Positions 1 to 8,590 of a DNA stretch of 24,000 nucleotides are shown here, piece after piece. The notes below the pieces were generated by a model. That model did not search any database, was not told where the DNA came from, and worked only from the letters and a program-made list of their open reading frames with translations. The DNA is taken from positions 154,082 to 178,081 of the forward strand of contig NZ_JDTH01000002.1 in assembly GCF_000710615.1 (NCBI RefSeq), written 5' to 3'. The position numbers and the translations under genes were made by a program. How positions within the stretch are numbered: the stretch's first letter is position 1; every line of letters starts with the position of its first letter. The stretch comes from Haladaptatus cibarius D43. Lineage in GTDB: Archaea; Halobacteriota; Halobacteria; Halobacteriales; Haladaptataceae.

Positions 1-2
1 TC

Positions 3-539
3 GTGTTCATCGCAATGGTGCTGGTCGCCGCAATCGCCGCAGGCGTCCTCATCAACACGGCAGGGTTCCTCCAGTCGAAGTCCGAACAGACGGGTCAGGA
101 CAGCAGTGCCCAAGTCTCGAACCGCGTGCAGGTCGTCAGCGGCTTCGGTACCGTCAATGATAGTAGCGGCAATGAAGTCGTCGACCAAATCGATCTAACC
201 GTCATGCGCGGTTCCGGTTCGGACGACATCAACCTCTCTACTGCCACTATCGAGTGGATCGGCCCGAACACAGCAACCACGCTAGTTGAGAACGACACGG
301 CAACTAACAGCGACTTCAGTGTCTCCGACATCAAAGACCAGGACGGCTCCGTTCCTGTCCTCAACAGTCAGGACGACCGCTTCACTATCTCGATGGACGC
401 AGCAGCCATCAGCGGCAGTGACGGACTCGGCGAGGGTCAGACGGTCGAACTCCGTCTCACCACCCAGTACGGTGCTGTGACGCTCTACCGCGCGAACGTT
501 CCACAGTCGCTCTCCCAAGAGAGTGCTGTGACGGTCTAA
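3..539 (+). CDS. archaellin (ArlA/ArlB = FlaA/FlaB family), 5' end cut by window edge
   Basis: Translation begins inside the conserved hydrophobic N-terminal helix of archaellins ([31 protein letters not shown]). A Ser/Thr/Asp-rich domain follows with several N-x-S/T sequons (NDS, NLS, NTA, NDT). Stop TAA at 537-539. The GTG at 3 is only the first in-frame codon; the true start lies upstream of the window. Confidence 0.9.
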   Translation: MFIAMVLVAAIAAGVLINTAGFLQSKSEQTGQDSSAQVSNRVQVVSGFGTVNDSSGNEVVDQIDLTVMRGSGSDDINLSTATIEWIGPNTATTLVENDTATNSDFSVSDIKDQDGSVPVLNSQDDRFTISMDAAAISGSDGLGEGQTVELRLTTQYGAVTLYRANVPQSLSQESAVTV

Positions 540-587
540 CGACCGAAAAATCGTTTCGAAATTTTTATTGGTGCAACCACCCCATAG

Positions 588-615
588 CCTACGCTCTGCA
601 GAGAGGTAGGTTTTT
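588..615 (+). terminator. hairpin plus T5 tract downstream of the archaellin gene
   Basis: CCTAC(588-592)/GTAGG(606-610) and CTC(594-596)/GAG(601-603) form an interrupted stem around a TGCA loop. TTTTT (611-615) follows directly. A second T-rich tract ATTTTTATT lies at 561-569. Oligo-T tracts are the usual haloarchaeal termination signal. Confidence 0.45.
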
Positions 616-639
616 CATGCAGTGCGTTAATTCCAACTC

Positions 640-1860
640 GTGACTTCGCTGTTCACCTTAGAAAAGGAGGCCGACGCCGAACGCCTCACGACGTTGCTCG
701 CGGACAGCAACACGGACACGGTTCGACAGCGATCCGCGGAAATCCTCGGTGACTTGGACGTTCCTGACGACGAAGTTGTCGAATCGCTAACTGCCGCCGC
801 GCAGGACGACCCCGATGCGGGCGTCCGTGCCGCGGCCATCGACGCGCTAGACCAGCGCGAAGCGGTCGAGCAACTCATCAGCGCGATTGTCGGCGAGGAA
901 ATAAGTGGCAGTCAAGCGGAGTGGGCACGGGCGGAGGCGCTTACGGATGCGCTTTCGTCCGACCAACCGGAACTCAGGATGGCCGCCGCGAACGTTCTCG
1001 GACGCATCGGCAGTCGGTCATCGGCCCAAGATCTCATTCAACAACTACCCGACCCTGATCCTCGGGTTCGTTCCCGGGTCGCTCGGGCGTTAGGTCGGCT
1101 CGAAGATCGACGAGCTGTTTCCGCGCTCGCTAAACGACGAACCGACGAAGTGGTCGAAGTTCGGCGCGAAACTGCGGAAGCGCTTGGACGAATGCAGGGT
1201 GACGAAGCGCTGTCCATCCTCCTCGGAATGTTGAACGACCCGGCGGAAACGGTTCGTCGAATCGCCGCCGGGTCGCTCGGTAATTTCGGGAGCGTGAAAC
1301 CGTTAGACGCACTTATCGGACTGTTGAGCGACAAGTCAGAGGCGGTCAGAAAGGCGGCGGTGTTCTCGCTCATCGAACTGCTCTCTAACGCACCGCCGGA
1401 GCAGAGCCACGAACTTCGTGAGACGATGGTGGAAAAGCTAAGCGCCAGCGACCACCGAGTCGTGGTCAGTTCGCTCATCGACATCATCGAACAGGGTTCG
1501 CAAGCACACCAGCGACGAAATGCGACGTGGCTGCTCGGACGGGTTACGGGCGAGCACAACCGCTGGGCCGCGATAGAGGCACTCGTCAGCGTGCTGGACG
1601 ACGAGGATGGCATGACTTCACAGTTCGCCGTGACGAGTCTGGCGACTATCGGTGGGGAGTCTGTCGAGACTGCTTTACTAGAACTGCTCTCCGACCCAGA
1701 AGCGACGACGGATGCACAGGCGATGGCCGCATTCGGCCTCGGGAAAGTCGGCGGCGAACGCTCCAGAGAACGACTCGACAGCCTCGTCGATACGACCGAC
1801 GACGAGGAAGTCAGAAAGCGGGCGTTCTCGGCGCTGTCGAAGCTGGGTGGGCGAGCCTAA
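640..1860 (+). CDS. HEAT / PBS-lyase repeat protein of the che-arl cluster (H. salinarum OE2401F-type)
   Basis: 406 aa with many copies of the HEAT_PBS signature (VR..AA.ALG.....A...L...L.D.....VR). Examples: DTVRQRSAEILGDL, DAGVRAAAIDALD, ELRMAAANVLGRIG, DPRVRSRVARALGRL, VEVRRETAEALGRM, ETVRRIAAGSLGNFG, EAVRKAAVFSLIEL, EEVRKRAFSALSKLG. GTG start. Sits between the archaellin and cheF1 as in H. salinarum. Confidence 0.85.
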   Translation: MTSLFTLEKEADAERLTTLLADSNTDTVRQRSAEILGDLDVPDDEVVESLTAAAQDDPDAGVRAAAIDALDQREAVEQLISAIVGEEISGSQAEWARAEALTDALSSDQPELRMAAANVLGRIGSRSSAQDLIQQLPDPDPRVRSRVARALGRLEDRRAVSALAKRRTDEVVEVRRETAEALGRMQGDEALSILLGMLNDPAETVRRIAAGSLGNFGSVKPLDALIGLLSDKSEAVRKAAVFSLIELLSNAPPEQSHELRETMVEKLSASDHRVVVSSLIDIIEQGSQAHQRRNATWLLGRVTGEHNRWAAIEALVSVLDDEDGMTSQFAVTSLATIGGESVETALLELLSDPEATTDAQAMAAFGLGKVGGERSRERLDSLVDTTDDEEVRKRAFSALSKLGGRA

Positions 1861-1895
1861 TATCATTTGGAATTCATACCGCTAGTCAGCCACGT

Positions 1896-1928
1896 TATCT
1901 ATTTTGAGATTTTACTAAAGTTTTATAT
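1896..1928 (+). promoter_or_regulatory. promoter of the transducer gene (TATA box, leaderless geometry) with a weak upstream dyad
   Basis: TTTTATAT at 1921-1928, preceded by purine-rich AAAG, lies about 27 nt upstream of ATG 1954. TATCTATTTTGAGA (1896-1909) lies 11 nt upstream of the TATA and weakly resembles the TATC-N6-GATA dyad seen at the arl and che promoters. Confidence 0.5.
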
Positions 1929-1953
1929 TCGGCTAGTGTCTTGATTCGCCAAG

Positions 1954-3906
1954 ATGGTTACTGACACGCTTATCCGGGTTCTAAAGAAGGTTTCGAGGGA
2001 AACCAGTTCATCCGGTGAGTCTCAAAAACGTATCACATTCGATGGGGGAACACAAAACGGCGAGGTTGCTGTTCAAAATAATACCAATATTTCGATAGAT
2101 TCTCTCGCGGATGTGTACGGAGGAACGAACGCGAGTACAGATTTGCAAAACGCACAGGTCGCACACCTGAATGGGTTGTTTTCGGACACCGAAGCGACGA
2201 TTGCCGAGGCACCTACCCTCGGGCGCGAACACGCCGATGCCAACGTTCCGGGTTCGACGTTTGCTGCCACGTATGGCATGGCGTTCGAGACGATTATCGA
2301 GACGGCATTCGAGCGTCTCGACCATCGCCTCGGCGACGGTAACGATGCGGTGTCCGACGAACTCGGACGAGCCGAGTCGGAACTGGTCGATGCGATTTGG
2401 GCAGGAGTTTCCGGCATGCAGGCAGGATTGGACGCATACGACGCCAACACGGTCGATAGTGACCCCGATGACGAGGAGTTCGACGTGGACGACGAGGAAC
2501 TCTTAGACGGCATCGGTGTTCCTGTGTTTATGATTTGTGCTGACTCGCAGGTTCGAGCATGGAACGGGGCGATGGAGGAACTCACTGGAGTCGATACGGA
2601 ACAAGCAGCCGCGCTCGACAACGTCAGCGAAGCGTTCTACGCCGATGGGCGACGAGGAAAAACCCTCGCGCAGAAAGTGCTCGAAGCACCCGAAAATGCC
2701 AACGAAGTGTTCGACATCGAGCGAGCGAGCACCGAGCTAACGCTCTACGAGGACGAGGGAACGATGGTCGCACAAGACGGCGAAGAGCGGGAAATCACGT
2801 TCACCGCGAAACCGATTTACGAAGACGGCGAACTCATGGCAGTCGTCGAAACGGTCACTGACCGAACCGAGGACATCCGGCGTCACGAAAGCGTAACCGG
2901 GCTGGTCGAGGAACTCGGGACGACGCTCACCTCGATGCGGAATGGCGACCTGTCCGCGCGTGCGGACTTCACCGACGAATACGATGTCGTGGATGACCGT
3001 CTCGTCTCTGTGGTTGACCAAGTCAACGACATGGGCGAACGGTTCCAAATGCTCGCCATGCGTGTCGATGAACAGGCTACCGAACTCGCCGATTCGGTTG
3101 ACCGAGCATCCGGGTCTGCACACACCATCGAAGAGCGTGTGGACGAACAGACAGCCCTCCTTTCCATCGTCGCAACCGAGATGGAGAACTTCAGCGCGAG
3201 CATGCAGGAAGTCGCTGCGAGTTCCGACCAAGTCGCGTCCGCGGCGGAACAGGCGAAAGCGGCCGCCGACAGCGGTTTGGACTCAAGTGAAGGCGCACGC
3301 GAAGCGACTGACGACGTCATCGAAATGAGCGACGACCTCGTGGACACCGTAACTGAACTCGAATCGCAGATGACGGAAATCGAGGGCGTCATCGAAGTCA
3401 TCGCGGAAGTCGCAGACCAGACGAACCTCCTCGCGCTGAACGCCAACATCGAGGCCGCCCGCGCGGGCGAGGCCGGAAGCGGGTTCGAAGTCGTCGCCGA
3501 CGAGGTGAAAGAACTCGCCAACGAAACGCGCGAACACACCGAAGAAATTGCGGGCCGAATCGAGGACATCCAGTCGCAGGCCAACGAAACGGTCGTGGCT
3601 GTCGAGGAGTCCAATCAGCAAGTCCGATACGCGGGAAGCGAAATCGAGGACGCCCTCATCGCGCTCGAAGAAATCGCGGATGCAGTCGATGAAGCTGCAA
3701 CCGGCGTGACCGAGGTTGCAGAGGCAAACGACGAACAGGCGGCGAACGTCGAACAGGTCATGGCAACCGTCGAGGACGTGCGCGATACGACCGAACAGGT
3801 TGAGGAAGCAACATCGGACATCGTCGGTGCCAGCATGGAACAGACCGCGGCAATCAGCGAACTCGCCGACCGAGTCGGTGATTTGACCGCCGGGTCGAAC
3901 CAATAA
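1954..3906 (+). CDS. soluble methyl-accepting chemotaxis transducer (Htr) with PAS domain
   Basis: 650 aa with no hydrophobic transmembrane stretch. PAS-like segment: [26 protein letters not shown] ... [22 protein letters not shown]-like linker ([12 protein letters not shown]...) follows. Canonical MCP signalling hairpin: [45 protein letters not shown]. Long heptad-rich E/Q/A helices flank the hairpin. Confidence 0.92.
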   Translation: MVTDTLIRVLKKVSRETSSSGESQKRITFDGGTQNGEVAVQNNTNISIDSLADVYGGTNASTDLQNAQVAHLNGLFSDTEATIAEAPTLGREHADANVPGSTFAATYGMAFETIIETAFERLDHRLGDGNDAVSDELGRAESELVDAIWAGVSGMQAGLDAYDANTVDSDPDDEEFDVDDEELLDGIGVPVFMICADSQVRAWNGAMEELTGVDTEQAAALDNVSEAFYADGRRGKTLAQKVLEAPENANEVFDIERASTELTLYEDEGTMVAQDGEEREITFTAKPIYEDGELMAVVETVTDRTEDIRRHESVTGLVEELGTTLTSMRNGDLSARADFTDEYDVVDDRLVSVVDQVNDMGERFQMLAMRVDEQATELADSVDRASGSAHTIEERVDEQTALLSIVATEMENFSASMQEVAASSDQVASAAEQAKAAADSGLDSSEGAREATDDVIEMSDDLVDTVTELESQMTEIEGVIEVIAEVADQTNLLALNANIEAARAGEAGSGFEVVADEVKELANETREHTEEIAGRIEDIQSQANETVVAVEESNQQVRYAGSEIEDALIALEEIADAVDEAATGVTEVAEANDEQAANVEQVMATVEDVRDTTEQVEEATSDIVGASMEQTAAISELADRVGDLTAGSNQ

Positions 3907-3938
3907 CCGGTGCGGAGCAGTTCACATCCCTTTCACGC

Positions 3939-4805
3939 ATGAGCGAAAGCGAATACAAGATAACGGACACGCGGGGGAAGTTCCTCCAAGCGATGAAGAG
4001 TGGGCAGAAACTCAAAGATGCCGCTTGGACGAGCGGCCGCATTCTTCTCTCGAACAAGCGACTCATTCTCGCCGGAAACGAGGGAAAGCGAACAATCCCG
4101 CTCTCGAAAATCGACGGGGTAACGGGGCGCTACGACGTGAACCAGTCGGTCGCCAGCGTGTCCGATTACATCAGCCTCGAATTCGAGGGCGACGTCTTTT
4201 TGATTTCCTCGCAGATGGAGATCGAGGAGTTCGAGGCCAAACTGTACGGCGCGATGTTGAACCAGTCGATGATTCTGGTCAAACACCCTGCCGTGAAAGG
4301 CGGCGTGGTGCAAAACACAGACTGGGAGCGCGCCCGCGTTAAAGTCGATGTCGGCGAGGTCGGCATTGCCGTCGCCAGCGGCGTGTTCATTCAGGTCGAA
4401 CTGGACGACGTCGGACAGGTCGATACCGCCAAGCGAACCGTCGAAGGCGAGAGCCGCACGGTTCTCGAAGTCGAACACTCGGAGGGAACGACGAGCGTGC
4501 AGACTTACATCTCCGGAAAGGGACGACGCTGTGCGCTCCTCGGGTCACTTCTTCAGAAGGGCGAACAACAGAGCAAAACCGGTGCCGAACTGTCCGAGAC
4601 GGAAAAAGAGGTTCTGATGGCGCTTTACACCGGGGTTTCGTCGTTCGAAATTCCCGACTTCCTCGGAATGGACGTGGATAGGGTCGAGGAAATCTTCGAA
4701 CGCCTCATCGAACTGGACGTGCTGGACGAGGTGCGAAAGCGCCGCGAGGTCAGTTTGAAGACTCGCGGGCGAAACATCGCCAGCGAGTCCATCAGCGAGA
4801 AGTAG
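3939..4805 (+). CDS. cheF1: CheF (DUF439) archaeal CheY-to-archaellum adaptor, paralog 1
   Basis: 288 aa. N-terminus (GRILLSNKRLILAGNEGKRTIPLSKIDGV) and C-terminal HTH-like tail (TEKEVLMALYTGVSSFEIPDFLGMD...) parallel the second paralog at 5926-6798 (GRIILSQKRLVLATSESKTTVPITAVFDV; EQEMEALVAIYSGASSGNLAGTLGID). Only 32 nt separate it from the transducer stop and no TATA lies between, so it is probably cotranscribed. The paralog number is assigned only by position next to the HEAT gene. Confidence 0.88.
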   Translation: MSESEYKITDTRGKFLQAMKSGQKLKDAAWTSGRILLSNKRLILAGNEGKRTIPLSKIDGVTGRYDVNQSVASVSDYISLEFEGDVFLISSQMEIEEFEAKLYGAMLNQSMILVKHPAVKGGVVQNTDWERARVKVDVGEVGIAVASGVFIQVELDDVGQVDTAKRTVEGESRTVLEVEHSEGTTSVQTYISGKGRRCALLGSLLQKGEQQSKTGAELSETEKEVLMALYTGVSSFEIPDFLGMDVDRVEEIFERLIELDVLDEVRKRREVSLKTRGRNIASESISEK

Positions 4806-4835
4806 TTTATTAGCGAATCCATCAGCGAGAAGTAG
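4782..4835 (+). repeat. 24-bp direct repeat duplicating the 3' end and stop codon of cheF1
   Basis: AGCGAGTCCATCAGCGAGAAGTAG (4782-4805) and AGCGAATCCATCAGCGAGAAGTAG (4812-4835) match at 23 of 24 positions. The 30-bp offset keeps the second copy in frame. Confidence 0.9.
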
Positions 4836-4838
4836 CGG

Positions 4839-4843
4839 TTTTT
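4839..4843 (+). terminator. T5 tract downstream of cheF1
   Basis: GCGGTTTTTGTG lies immediately after the duplicated stop codon. No stable hairpin was seen. Confidence 0.35.
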
Positions 4844-4937
4844 GTGTGTGATATCTAGCGACGTTTATAGTATACTACTCATCGCTTACGACTTCCTTGG
4901 AAAGCGGTGTCGCTAGCTACTGCCGACTCCTATCATA

Positions 4938-5203
4938 CCGCAACCGCCCCGCAACGACCACGTCCTCCCCCAACCGATTCGCTCACTCGCAGTTGCTCGT
5001 TCACTCATCCCTCGCACGCTATTAGAACCGGTCTTCGGACGTGAAGTCCTCAGCCCTGTCCCAGCGCGCGCCATGTGGAACATTCGACTTGTGCGGATTA
5101 TTCCGAACTTCCTCGGCGCGTGATGGCGACCGAAGGTCGCCCGCGCGAGGGACGACTGAACGAAGTGAAGGAGGAGGCTGGGGAGGACGAGGTGCGGTAG
5201 CGG
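4938..5203. repeat. long imperfect inverted repeat (MITE-like or structured-RNA-like element) in the cheF1-grpB gap
   Basis: Complementary blocks: 4962-4970 GTCCTCCCC with 5180-5188 GGGGAGGAC; 4997-5003 TCGTTCA with 5157-5163 TGAACGA; 5009-5015 CCCTCGC with 5145-5151 GCGAGGG. Weaker pairing lies between these blocks. The central part carries the perfect hairpin GGCGACC-GAA-GGTCGCC (5125-5141). The overlapping ORFs have non-halophilic R/G/S-rich translations. Confidence 0.6.
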
Positions 5204-5287
5204 TCTCATTGGAGTCGGAAACTGTTAACAGCATAGTTGGGTGGAATCATCTCATCGAAGTGTAAAAATCGACAGTAAATCGGTCAG

Positions 5288-5821
5288 TCAGACATATTTT
5301 GGAAGCCGTTCAGCGTAGCCTCGGGTGCGCGCTTGTTCCAAAATCGAATGTACCACGTCTGCCTTGGCTTCTGTGTACGCTCTTTGGTCGTGGGGATGCT
5401 CCGCCGCGGCTTTCCGTTTGACGCGCTCGTATTTCCGGCGTGCTTCGGGTGTTTCACGGAGATACTCCCGAAACAGGAGCTGGTTGCGCACTTTTTCATC
5501 GTCTTGGATGTGCATCTTGATGAAAACAGCACCATGGTCACCCCACTGAATTACCAATGCAGAGTCTTGACTGTCGTATTCGAGTTTGTAATCTTCCTCG
5601 GTAAGCGCGTCTGCTGTCGCGCGCATGGACTCATAATCAGCGAAAACCGAAATTATGTCCAGCGCAGGTTTACCCGGCAGGTCAGGAATGGCAGTACTAC
5701 CGACGTGGAAGACACCGAGAAGTTGTTTCCCTGAAACATTTAGTATCCGTTTTCGCTCTTCTTCATAGCGGTCTGTCCAAACAGGGTCTGGTTCGAGCGT
5801 TATTTCATCTCCCTCGTGCAT
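5288..5821 (-). CDS. GrpB-family protein (UPF0157, nucleotidyltransferase-like fold)
   Basis: 177 aa with typical GrpB landmarks: FHVGSTAIPDLPGKPALDIISV, LLFREYLRETPEARRKYERVKRKAA, DQRAYTEAKADVV. GC is about 45-55% in the 60-nt blocks counted by eye, against about 60-68% in flanking che genes. The protein is much less acidic than its neighbours. An A5 run on + (T5 on -) at 5264-5268 follows the stop. Confidence 0.85.
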   Translation of the reverse strand: MHEGDEITLEPDPVWTDRYEEERKRILNVSGKQLLGVFHVGSTAIPDLPGKPALDIISVFADYESMRATADALTEEDYKLEYDSQDSALVIQWGDHGAVFIKMHIQDDEKVRNQLLFREYLRETPEARRKYERVKRKAAAEHPHDQRAYTEAKADVVHSILEQARTRGYAERLPKYV

Positions 5822-5925
5822 AGTGTGACTTCGAAGATAGAAGTTACTTTCAGAAAGAATTTATCATTTACGTTGAATTTATTTCTGCGTAAGCCAATTC
5901 GATAGTCTGTATCGCAGTCTCCAGA

Positions 5926-6798
5926 TTACGTGTTGACTTTCTCGATGCGGTCGCTGACAATCATCTTCGCAGGTGGGGTCAACGACAACCCGCCGGAACC
6001 CTCTTCCACCAGTTCTTTCTTTTCGATTTCGGTGAGCACCATCGCGGCGCTTCCGGCGTCGATGCCGAGAGTTCCCGCGAGATTCCCGCTGCTCGCGCCG
6101 GAGTAGATGGCGACGAGGGCTTCCATCTCCTGTTCGGTGACGTTGATACGTTCGGCCTGCTGGGAGATTTCACCGTATTCGAGGCGGAGATAGCGCCCGA
6201 GAAGGTTCAGTTTGCGGTCGTCGGCGACGGCGAATTCGGAGGTCATGGTCTGGCCATCGGTGGTGTGGCGGATGGCGACGACGGTTCGTTTCGTACCGCC
6301 GACATCGCGGTCTTGTTTCTGAAAGTAGGTGACGCCCGAGAGATCTACGACGAAAGGTCGGGAAACGCCGAGGAACTCGACTTTCCCGGGTTGAATGCGG
6401 AGTTTACCGGATTGAAATTCGTTGCCGGTAACGCGCCCGCCGACGCGGGCGGGGTGTTTCACCATGACGGGCGTGCCGCTTAGCATGGCCTTGAACAGGA
6501 GCACCTTGAACCGGGCGACGTGGTCATCGCTCTGGGCTTCGATGACGACGGTGTTTCGCCTATCGTCTCCTTCGTAGGCGACGGTGATGGTGTCCTGAAA
6601 GAACTCCTCCAAATCACCCGGGACGTGGCCGACGGAAACGTCGAAGACGGCGGTGATCGGAACTGTCGTCTTCGACTCGCTGGTTGCCAGCACGAGCCGT
6701 TTCTGGCTCAAGATGATTCGGCCCTTGATTGGCTCTGCTGTTTCACGCGTGTCGAGGCTGAACCGTGCGACGAAATCGGCGATAACTGTTTCAGACAT
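5926..6798 (-). CDS. cheF2: CheF (DUF439) adaptor, paralog 2
   Basis: 290 aa, collinear with the 3939-4805 product in N-terminal domain, central beta-rich part and C-terminal HTH-like tail. A TATA-like GTATTTATG (6842-6850 on +) lies about 48 nt upstream of ATG 6798, directly after the arlJ stop. It may therefore have its own promoter or be read through from arlJ. Confidence 0.88.
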   Translation of the reverse strand: MSETVIADFVARFSLDTRETAEPIKGRIILSQKRLVLATSESKTTVPITAVFDVSVGHVPGDLEEFFQDTITVAYEGDDRRNTVVIEAQSDDHVARFKVLLFKAMLSGTPVMVKHPARVGGRVTGNEFQSGKLRIQPGKVEFLGVSRPFVVDLSGVTYFQKQDRDVGGTKRTVVAIRHTTDGQTMTSEFAVADDRKLNLLGRYLRLEYGEISQQAERINVTEQEMEALVAIYSGASSGNLAGTLGIDAGSAAMVLTEIEKKELVEEGSGGLSLTPPAKMIVSDRIEKVNT

Positions 6799-6855
6799 GT
6801 CGTTTCCTTGGAACCCGTTTTCCTTTCCTGTGTGCTCGATTCATAAATACGTACC

Positions 6856-8589
6856 TCATACGTTCAAGAACGTTCCGACGACGTTTCGCGTCACCCACGC
6901 GATAACTGCACTAATCCACGTCAGAAGGACGAAATGCAGGTAGGCGTTCACTTTGTGGCCGCCATCGACGATTCGAATCATGAGCGACGACAGCACCGAA
7001 TTGAGCAGGATGATGATGACGAGCAGGTACTCAATCATGATGTTGTCGTACACCTCGGTGTGAATTATCGTCCCGAAGTTGAACTGCGGCGTGTTCAGCC
7101 CGATGGACATGCTCGAAAGGATGGCGACGATTTCGAGGCCGATGAAGAACGCGAACGTCGAGGCGGCGGTAATTCCGTATAGAACGCCGATGAGCGTCAC
7201 GGTGGACTGTTCTCGCTGTTCGCGCAGTTGCATGACCTCGTTCATGTTGCCGCTGATGAGTTCACCGAGGCGTTGTGGTTCGCCACCCATCTGCCGACCG
7301 ATGAGATACATCTCGCTGAACTTCTGAATGAGGTACGAACGCGCATCGGAGGTGAACAACCGCCACGCCATCTCGGATTCGATGCGCATGTTCAGCCGCT
7401 TGTAGAGGTCGTTTATGTCCGGCGTGAGCGCCCCGAAGTCCTTCTTCCGGAGCGTTTCGAGCACCCGCGAGGTCGTGCTCTGCTTTGCGCTCTCGCTCGC
7501 TCCAAGCGCCCGAACGAAGTTTGGAAACTCGCCGTCGCGCTCTTTTACCTTGTTCTCTTCCCTGCGGACGATGAACCCCGGGAGGAGGAGCGGCGTCGTC
7601 GGCAGTGCGGCGTAAATCGGCAGGGGAATCGCATCGGGCTGAATGGACGTATTTCCGAGGAGGATGTTCAGACAGACGAAAATCGACACGGCGGTCAACA
7701 GAATACCGAGGACGACGCTGATGCGAATCTTTCGCTCGGAGGCGGTTCGTCCGCGAGCGTCGGGATGGTACCACACCGGGTCGTAGGGGGCAGTGGTCTG
7801 AATCATGAACAGGAAGCCAGCCTGTACGAACGCGAACATGACCACGACAGCACCGACGGTCATCGTCGGATTCGTCCCCGTCAGAATCGGCAGGACGGTT
7901 GCGAACACGAGAGCGAAGGTGACCGAAAGCACCATCGACAGGTAGAGGTCTTTCATCACTTCGAGGTTCTGTAACGACCCCTCGTAGATGGTGACGTACT
8001 TCTGGATGACTACGTCCTGTTCCGAAAGGAGGAACTCCTGAATCTCTTGGCCCGCGCTAATCGTGTAGGCGAGTCGATCGAAGAAGTCAGAAAGAGGCTT
8101 GCTCGGCACTTTTCGCGCCCGGATTCGGAGCGCGTCGTCCAAACTCTGATTCCACGTGTCCACGAGTTCCACGACCCGACGCATCTCCCGCGCGAGTTCT
8201 TTGTACTCCTGTTCGTGCGACAGGATGCGAAAAACCTCCACACGGTCCATGTTTGCCGTCGAGAGGATGGTCATGTGCGTGATGAACAGGTGAAGCCTAT
8301 CCTCTATCTCCTTCCTGCGGCGGTCTCTAAGCAGTTTTGGATAGACAACTGCCGTTCCGAGTCCCAAAATTCCGAGCAGTGGAATCGGCACTGCAACCAT
8401 GAACGGTAACTCGACGGTGAGAACTGTGACGATGGAACCGACGAAGATGAGCGCAGACGGCACCACGACCAGCCCGATGTACCGAAACATCTCCATCTCC
8501 ATCTGCTGGTACGCCTCGATGGTCGAGGAGGCGGCGGAGCTAAGGAGTTGTTTCGCATCCGGTTTCGCGGTTGCTTCTGCGTCAGCCAT
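6856..8589 (-). CDS. arlJ: archaellum polytopic membrane platform protein ArlJ (FlaJ)
   Basis: About 577 aa with two clusters of hydrophobic helices separated by cytoplasmic domains (FITHMTILSTANMDRVEVFRIL...; FPNFVRALGASESAKQSTTSRVLETL...), the TadC/GspF-like FlaJ architecture. I prefer ATG 8589 (MADAEATAK...), 1 nt from the arlI stop at 8591-8593, over ORF-track ATG 8625, which would overlap arlI by 35 nt. Confidence 0.9.
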   Translation of the reverse strand: MADAEATAKPDAKQLLSSAASSTIEAYQQMEMEMFRYIGLVVVPSALIFVGSIVTVLTVELPFMVAVPIPLLGILGLGTAVVYPKLLRDRRRKEIEDRLHLFITHMTILSTANMDRVEVFRILSHEQEYKELAREMRRVVELVDTWNQSLDDALRIRARKVPSKPLSDFFDRLAYTISAGQEIQEFLLSEQDVVIQKYVTIYEGSLQNLEVMKDLYLSMVLSVTFALVFATVLPILTGTNPTMTVGAVVVMFAFVQAGFLFMIQTTAPYDPVWYHPDARGRTASERKIRISVVLGILLTAVSIFVCLNILLGNTSIQPDAIPLPIYAALPTTPLLLPGFIVRREENKVKERDGEFPNFVRALGASESAKQSTTSRVLETLRKKDFGALTPDINDLYKRLNMRIESEMAWRLFTSDARSYLIQKFSEMYLIGRQMGGEPQRLGELISGNMNEVMQLREQREQSTVTLIGVLYGITAASTFAFFIGLEIVAILSSMSIGLNTPQFNFGTIIHTEVYDNIMIEYLLVIIILLNSVLSSLMIRIVDGGHKVNAYLHFVLLTWISAVIAWVTRNVVGTFLNV

Positions 8590-8590
8590 G

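Noticed and set aside
4913-5265. ORFs 4913-5209 (-), 5022-5234 (-) and 5041-5265 (+) in the cheF1-grpB gap
   Set aside because: They overlap one another within the inverted-repeat element. Their translations are R/G/S/P/W-rich and non-acidic. No promoter or start context supports them. They are better explained as non-coding repeat sequence.
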